From: Chamaesiphon sp. | Lineage (GTDB): Bacteria > Cyanobacteriota > Cyanobacteriia > Cyanobacteriales > Chamaesiphonaceae | Assembly (NCBI GenBank): GCA_965246715.1 | Contig: CBDFFH010000045.1 | Coordinates: 1-12,176, forward strand | Length of the DNA stretch: 12,176 bases | Direction: 5' to 3' | Shown here: positions 6,501 through 12,176 of the stretch, in pieces | Layout of the letters: every line of letters starts with the position of its first letter | Position numbering within the stretch: the first letter of the stretch is position 1 | The notes under the pieces: generated by a model | Seen by the model: the letters and a program-made list of their open reading frames with translations, nothing else | What the model was told of the DNA's origin: nothing | Databases searched by the model: none | Program-made: the position numbers and the translations under genes

Positions 6501-7442
6501 ATGAATCATCGTCCAATCATTCTGGGTATTGTTGGCGATAGTGGAGCGGGTAAAACGACGCTAACTAGAGGGATCGGGCAAATTTTAGGCGAAGAAAATA
6601 TCACTGTGATTGGTACTGATGATTATCATCGTTACGATCGATCTCAACGTGCAGAAATTGGGATTACAGCCCTACATCCCGACTGCAATTACCTCGATAT
6701 TATGCAGCAACATTTGGTGCTGCTCCGCACCGGACAATCGATTCTCAAGCCGATTTACAATCATCACACGGGTACTTTCGATCCGCCGGTGTATATCAAA
6801 CCCAATAAATTTCTGATCGTCGAAGGGCTCCTGGGTTATTCAACGCCTGCGTTATGCGATTGTTATGATGTCAAAGTGTATTTAGCTCCAGCGGAATCAC
6901 TCCGCACGGGATGGAAAATTAAACGCGACACGCTGAAACGTGGTTACAGTGAGGCGCAAGTTTTAGCCGAACTCCAGAAGCGCGAATCAGACTCAGAGCA
7001 GTTTATTCGTCCCCAGCGCACATGGGCGGATTTAGTCGTCAGTTTCGATCCACCAGCGAATGAGTCCGAGGAAACTACGGCGCACCTAGGTGTAAGATTA
7101 GTACTCAGACCGACGATTTCCCATCCAGATCTGAGTCAGATTTTAGCGGGAAATAGTAGCGATCGAATATCGACAATTAGATTAACACTCGATCGAGATA
7201 TGGGCAAGCCAGTTGATGTATTGGAAATCGATGCTCATGCGACTATCGAAGGTGTTAAAACTCTAGCACGGATGATTTGTGCCGATTTACCCGAACTGCA
7301 TAGCGTCTGCGATCTAGAAATAAATCCAAATTTAGGACAAATTACAGGCACCACCGGAGAAACACTTCAAAGTTACCCGCTGGCATTGACCCAATTATTA
7401 ATTACTTATCACATGCTCAAAGCTACCCAGAAATATCGGTAG
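6501..7442 (+). CDS. Phosphoribulokinase-like kinase (PRK/uridine kinase family), non-canonical paralog
   Basis: GDSGAGKTT P-loop, DDYHRYDR, TALHP, KPIYNH, VEGL and WKIKRD..KRG. GGAG RBS at 6488-6491. Confidence 0.85.
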   Translation: MNHRPIILGIVGDSGAGKTTLTRGIGQILGEENITVIGTDDYHRYDRSQRAEIGITALHPDCNYLDIMQQHLVLLRTGQSILKPIYNHHTGTFDPPVYIKPNKFLIVEGLLGYSTPALCDCYDVKVYLAPAESLRTGWKIKRDTLKRGYSEAQVLAELQKRESDSEQFIRPQRTWADLVVSFDPPANESEETTAHLGVRLVLRPTISHPDLSQILAGNSSDRISTIRLTLDRDMGKPVDVLEIDAHATIEGVKTLARMICADLPELHSVCDLEINPNLGQITGTTGETLQSYPLALTQLLITYHMLKATQKYR

Positions 7443-7800
7443 ACAATTTATTTTAGATTGTGACTTAACCCATAACCTTGCCGTAGATAGAAGCATAACT
7501 TTGCCGTTAATGAGTCCGCCGATCCCATTCTACCGTAGAAGTACTTTACATAATTTCGAGCTTCTAGAACCATCTCGCCTTGTCGGTGGCGGAAGGAAAA
7601 ATGTTTCTGGACGCTACCCCAGTAAAAAAATGGGAGTAGTGTCTATCGATCGAAACCTATACTTAGTCTAGTACACAGGTTTTAGGATAGGTCTAATCTA
7701 TAAATCTAGATCGTCGAACTCACGAAATATCCGATCGAATATGAAATAAAACAGCTTATTTTCAATTACGATCTGTCGATCGATTGATAAGGCGCAGTAG

Positions 7801-8103
7801 GAGATTTATTTCTTTCGGGGTTCTGAGTATTTGCGGTACGATATCACGTTCGATCGAGCAGATCCTGATTATCCTAAATCGATCGCGGGTAACTGGAATG
7901 GTGTTTGGGATGCGGATCTTGATGGGGTGTTGTATCAAGGCGGAACGAAGGCTTACTTTTTTAAGGGGAATGATTACCGCCGCTACGATCTAGAGAACGA
8001 TGGCGTGGATGCGAATGGATCGATCGATTCATTAGTTCTCGATCCGGTTCCGGCGGGGATGTGGACGGCGGCTCGTGACATGACGCCACTCGATCGTGCT
8101 TAA
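7801..8103 (+). pseudogene. Hemopexin-repeat protein fragment
   Basis: In-frame translation from 7801 is EIYFFRGSEYLRYDITFDRADPDYPKSIAGNWNGVWDADLDGVLYQGGTKAYFFKGNDYRRYD, containing two YFFxGxxYxRYD blade motifs. The homology begins upstream of the TTG at 7831, directly after a TAG at 7798-7800. Confidence 0.7.
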
Positions 8104-8142
8104 ACCTCTAAAATATATCTAAATTGTTTATCATTTGGTGCC

Positions 8143-8958
8143 ATGACCAAAACAGTATTGATTACAGGTGCATCTACCGGAATTGGCAGGGCAACAGCAC
8201 AATTATTTCAGCAACAGGGTTGGAATGTAGTCGCTACCATGCGATCGCCAGAACGAGACACCGAACTTGCTAGTCTGCCTAATGTGCTATGTTTATCACT
8301 AGATGTCACCAAACCAGAAACGATTAAGGCGGCAATCGATCGAGCGATCGAGCTATTTGGCTCGATTGATGTTCTGATTAACAATGCTGGTTATGGGTTG
8401 ATTGGTGCATTTGAAGCGTGCGACATGACAGCTATTCGCAATCAGTTTGAGACTAATGTATTTGGATTGATGGCTGTTACACAGGCGATTCTGCCACATT
8501 TTCGGCTCCGCCAACAAGGTATTTTAGTGAATGTCGCTTCGATCGGCGGACGGCTAGCAGTTCCCTTGTACAGTCCTTATCATGCGACTAAATGGGCAGT
8601 GGAAGGCTTTTCTGAGTCGTTACAATACGAACTACGACAGTTTAATATTAAAGTCAAAATTATCGAACCGGGGCCGATTAAAACTGATTTTTATAGTCGA
8701 TCGCTTAATATTGCCAAGCAAGCTGGATTGACTGCCTACGATGAATACTTGCAGCGGGTTTTACCGCGCCTGAATGGTGATGAAATGCAAGGTTCGCCAC
8801 CATCAGTTACAGCTCAAGTTATCTATACCGCCGCCACTGATGGCTCTTGGAAACTACGTTATCCCGCTGGTGGCAATGCTGGACTGCTATTGGCATTCCG
8901 TAAGCTATTGCCAGATGCTTGGTTTACAGGTTTGATTCGCCGCGGGATCGATCGGTAG
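8143..8958 (+). CDS. Classical short-chain dehydrogenase/reductase (SDR)
   Basis: TGASTGIG, NNAG, catalytic Ser (VASIGG), YHATK (YxxxK) and IEPG. Confidence 0.95.
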   Translation: MTKTVLITGASTGIGRATAQLFQQQGWNVVATMRSPERDTELASLPNVLCLSLDVTKPETIKAAIDRAIELFGSIDVLINNAGYGLIGAFEACDMTAIRNQFETNVFGLMAVTQAILPHFRLRQQGILVNVASIGGRLAVPLYSPYHATKWAVEGFSESLQYELRQFNIKVKIIEPGPIKTDFYSRSLNIAKQAGLTAYDEYLQRVLPRLNGDEMQGSPPSVTAQVIYTAATDGSWKLRYPAGGNAGLLLAFRKLLPDAWFTGLIRRGIDR

Positions 8959-9005
8959 CTGCTCTAAATAAATTTCTGAATAAATGAGATATTTTCAAAA
9001 TGCTA

Positions 9006-9014
9006 TGCTATGAT
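9006..9014 (+). promoter_or_regulatory. Putative extended -10 promoter for rpsT
   Basis: TG-C-TATGAT, 53 nt upstream of the rpsT GTG. Confidence 0.5.
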
Positions 9015-9067
9015 TATAAATCTGGCATTATGTCAATTTTTAAACGTGAGTTTTCCCAGGGCTAACT

Positions 9068-9355
9068 GTGGCAAATATTAAGTCTGCAATCAAACGTGTC
9101 GAAGTCGCCGAGCGGAATCGGCTGCGCAACAAATCTCATAAGTCTGAGGTGAGAACGCTGATGAAGAAATACTTCACAGCAGTCGAAGCTCATACTGCCG
9201 CACCAACACCTGAAACATCAACACAGGTGCAAAAATGTATGTCTGATGCTTATCAAAAGATCGATAAAGCAGTTCAAAAAGGCGTACTGCATCGTAATAA
9301 TGGTGCTAATAAAAAGTCCCGTTTGGCTAAAGTACTTAAAACTGCTTCAGCTTAA
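9068..9355 (+). CDS. rpsT: 30S ribosomal protein S20
   Basis: [10 protein letters not shown]...RNRLRNK...[22 protein letters not shown]. Canonical cyanobacterial rpsT-tatD-rpoB order. Confidence 0.98.
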   Translation: MANIKSAIKRVEVAERNRLRNKSHKSEVRTLMKKYFTAVEAHTAAPTPETSTQVQKCMSDAYQKIDKAVQKGVLHRNNGANKKSRLAKVLKTASA

Positions 9356-9381
9356 GATCTAAACCAATTAATCTGTGCTAA

Positions 9382-10176
9382 ATGCAGCTAATTGATACTC
9401 ACGTCCATATCAACTTTGATACCTTCGAGGCGGACTTAGAGGCAGTGCGCGATCGCTGGCAAGCCGCCGGGGTCGTGCAACTCGTGCATTCTTGCGTTAC
9501 GCCAGCAGAGTTTGGCAGGACGCAAGCATTAGCAGATAGATTTCCCGAACTATTTTTCTCGGTGGGATTGCATCCCCTGGATGCTGCCATCTGGCAAGCA
9601 GATACGGGCAAACAAATCCGAGACTTAACAACTAGCGATAAACGAGTAGTCGCGATCGGCGAAATGGGCTTAGACTTTTTTAAGGCTAACGATCGAGAAT
9701 GGCAAATCGAAGTCTTTCGATCGCAATTACAGATTGCGAGAGAATTGGATTTACCAGTTATTATCCACTGCCGCGATGCTGCCAGTATGATGTACCAAGT
9801 TTGTCAAGAATTCTGGCAAGAATTCGGACGAGTGCGGGGAGTCATGCACTGTTGGGCGGGTACTCCAATAGAAACTCAATTGTTTTTAGACTTGGGTTTC
9901 TATATTAGCTTCAGTGGTGTTGTTACCTTTAAAAATGCTACCCAAATTCAAGATTCAGCGAAGCTCGTGCCACTAGACAAGTTGCTCGTCGAAACCGATT
10001 GTCCGTTTTTAGCACCCGTGCCAAAGCGTGGCAAGCGGAACGAACCTGCGTTTGTCAGTCATGTCGCCACTTATTTAGCTCAATTGCGGGGCGAAAGTCT
10101 CGACAGGTTGGCTGAGGCTACCACAGCGAATGCTAGGGAATTATTTAAATTACCAGTATTGGCTGCCACTGTCTAA
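9382..10176 (+). CDS. tatD: TatD-family metal-dependent nuclease/hydrolase
   Basis: DTHVH, GLHP, IGEMGLD, IIHCR, VMHC and ETDCP...RGKRNEP. Confidence 0.95.
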   Translation: MQLIDTHVHINFDTFEADLEAVRDRWQAAGVVQLVHSCVTPAEFGRTQALADRFPELFFSVGLHPLDAAIWQADTGKQIRDLTTSDKRVVAIGEMGLDFFKANDREWQIEVFRSQLQIARELDLPVIIHCRDAASMMYQVCQEFWQEFGRVRGVMHCWAGTPIETQLFLDLGFYISFSGVVTFKNATQIQDSAKLVPLDKLLVETDCPFLAPVPKRGKRNEPAFVSHVATYLAQLRGESLDRLAEATTANARELFKLPVLAATV

Positions 10177-10409
10177 TTAACTTTAATTAACTAAATTATT
10201 AATTTATCTCTATTGTCTGAGACGTTATTTATTTTCTCTTCACCCTACATCCATTTATTAATAGCGACGAAGATGTTTTTTTCTCACACTCGCACGTTGG
10301 GGCTTAGAAGCAAGCTCAAAGCGAGGAAGTTAGATAGTTTTTTTACCGCTAACAATTAACTGTTCGAGATCGCTATATCAAATTTAGAACGCCAGAAAAG
10401 AGGAACACT

Positions 10410-12176
10410 ATGACTAGTCAAATTACTACGACAGCATCCACTTACATGCTGCCCGATTTAGTAGAGATTCAGCGTTCTAGCTTCCGCTGGTTCTTAGAAG
10501 AAGGTTTGATCGAGGAATTAGATAGCTTCTCGCCGATTACCGACTACACTGGGAAACTGGAACTGCGGTTTCTGGCGAAAAATTATAAGCTCAAACGTCC
10601 TAAATATGACGTGGATGAAGCCAAGCGTCGCGATGCCAGCTATGCGGTGCAAATGTATGTGCCTACTCAGTTAATCAACAAGGAAGATAAAGGCAAAATT
10701 ATCGAGCAGGATGTCTTTATCGGCGACTTGCCCTTGATGACCGATCGAGGTACGTTTATTATTAACGGTGCCGAACGGGTAATTGTCAATCAAATCGTTC
10801 GATCGCCTGGGGTTTATTATAAATCCGAGTTAGATAAAAACGGTCGCCGGACTTATAGCGCGTCATTGATTCCCAACCGAGGTGCGTGGCTGAAATTTGA
10901 GACGGATAAAAATGATATCGTTTGGGTGCGGATCGATAAAACACGCAAACTTTCGGCGCAGGTATTATTAAAAGCTTTAGGCTTAACTGATAGCGAGATT
11001 TTTGACTCGCTCCGTCACCCCGAGTTTTATCAAAAGACGATCGAAAAAGAAGGCAACCTCACTGAGGAAGAAGCTTTGATGGAGTTGTATAAAAAACTTC
11101 GTCCGGGTGAACCACCCACTGTCAGTGGTGGGCAGCAATTGCTTGACTCGCGCTTCTTCGACCCCAAGCGGTATGACTTGGGTAAAGTTGGACGGTATAA
11201 ATTAAACCGCAAATTGCGGCTCACAACTCCCGATACAACGCGGGTATTAACCCCTCAGGATATTTTATGCGCGATCGATTATCTGATCAATCTCGAATTT
11301 GATATTGGTAGTACCGATGATATCGACCACTTAGGCAATCGTCGGGTGCGTTCTGTCGGTGAGTTACTTCAGAACCAAATTCGGGTGGGGTTAAATCGGT
11401 TGGAACGGATTATCCGCGAACGGATGACCGTTTCTGAGACTAGTAGCTTGACTCCAGCGAGTTTGGTCAATCCCAAACCGTTAGTTGCGGCTGTGAAGGA
11501 ATTTTTCGGTTCCTCCCAACTGTCGCAGTTTATGGATCAAACCAATCCCCTGGCTGAGTTGACCCACAAACGCCGCCTCTCAGCCTTAGGTCCAGGTGGT
11601 TTGACGCGAGAACGGGCGGGTTTTGCAGTGCGAGATATCCATACCTCTCACTACGGACGCATTTGCCCGATCGAAACACCTGAAGGCCCCAACGCGGGAT
11701 TGATTGGTTCCCTTGCTACCCACGCGCGGGTAAATCAGTATGGGTTCATCGAAACTCCCTTTTTACCCGTCGAAAATGGCCGGGTGAAGCGGGAACTCGA
11801 AGCTGAATACATGACAGCAGATCAAGAAGATGACCTGCGGGTAGCACCTGGAGATATTACCACCGATGAGAATGGTTATATCTTGGGTTCGACTATCCCT
11901 GTCCGGTATCGGCACGAGTTTACCACTACTACTCCCGATCAGGTGGATTATGTGGCAATTTCGCCCGTACAGATTATTTCGGTCGCGACCTCGTTAATTC
12001 CCTTCCTCGAACATGATGATGCTAACCGCGCCCTGATGGGATCGAACATGCAACGTCAAGCAGTACCCCTATTGCGCCCCGAACGTCCCCTCGTTGGGAC
12101 GGGGTTGGAAGTGCAAGCAGCGCGAGATTCTGGGATGGTAGTTGTGGCCAAAGCTGATGGAGTTGTCACCTTTATC
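10410..12176 (+). CDS. rpoB: DNA-directed RNA polymerase subunit beta (5' part, 589 codons, continues beyond the window)
   Basis: ATG at 10410 after GAGGAA. Translation gives [89 protein letters not shown] and [19 protein letters not shown]. Confidence 0.99.
   Translation, partial: MTSQITTTASTYMLPDLVEIQRSSFRWFLEEGLIEELDSFSPITDYTGKLELRFLAKNYKLKRPKYDVDEAKRRDASYAVQMYVPTQLINKEDKGKIIEQDVFIGDLPLMTDRGTFIINGAERVIVNQIVRSPGVYYKSELDKNGRRTYSASLIPNRGAWLKFETDKNDIVWVRIDKTRKLSAQVLLKALGLTDSEIFDSLRHPEFYQKTIEKEGNLTEEEALMELYKKLRPGEPPTVSGGQQLLDSRFFDPKRYDLGKVGRYKLNRKLRLTTPDTTRVLTPQDILCAIDYLINLEFDIGSTDDIDHLGNRRVRSVGELLQNQIRVGLNRLERIIRERMTVSETSSLTPASLVNPKPLVAAVKEFFGSSQLSQFMDQTNPLAELTHKRRLSALGPGGLTRERAGFAVRDIHTSHYGRICPIETPEGPNAGLIGSLATHARVNQYGFIETPFLPVENGRVKRELEAEYMTADQEDDLRVAPGDITTDENGYILGSTIPVRYRHEFTTTTPDQVDYVAISPVQIISVATSLIPFLEHDDANRALMGSNMQRQAVPLLRPERPLVGTGLEVQAARDSGMVVVAKADGVVTFI

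Noticed and set aside
6610..7993. ORFs 6610-6816 and 7784-7993
   Set aside because: They are alternative frames of the PRK-like gene and the hemopexin fragment.
9399..11224. ORFs 9399-9611, 9699-9908 and 11030-11224
   Set aside because: They are shadow ORFs inside tatD and rpoB.

Overview
This is a cyanobacterial chromosomal segment, very rich in CGATCG/HIP1-type palindromes, made mostly of recognisable genes. The minus strand carries a PphA-type PP2C phosphatase, an ABC1/UbiB kinase, a DUF6825/Sll1769-like protein, ogt and an SF2 helicase resembling the Dnd-associated 'phosphorothioation restriction enzyme' family. The plus strand carries a non-canonical phosphoribulokinase paralog, a hemopexin-repeat gene fragment, an SDR oxidoreductase, rpsT, tatD and the first 589 codons of rpoB (not in the ORF track; it runs off the window). 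I see no complete novel multi-gene system. The most unusual signal is a layered set of very small, apparently mobile elements: (i) two nested 24-nt repeats inserted in frame in the helicase gene (4945-4992); (ii) a 103-bp MITE with 16-bp TIRs, a 10-bp flanking duplication and REP-like cargo (6200-6302); (iii) about 55-63-bp AGCG...GACAAGACAG elements in or near heptamer arrays in two intergenic regions; and (iv) an IS200/IS605-like end that supplies the ogt stop codon and terminator. Family assignments come from motifs read by eye and recalled homologues, not from database searches.
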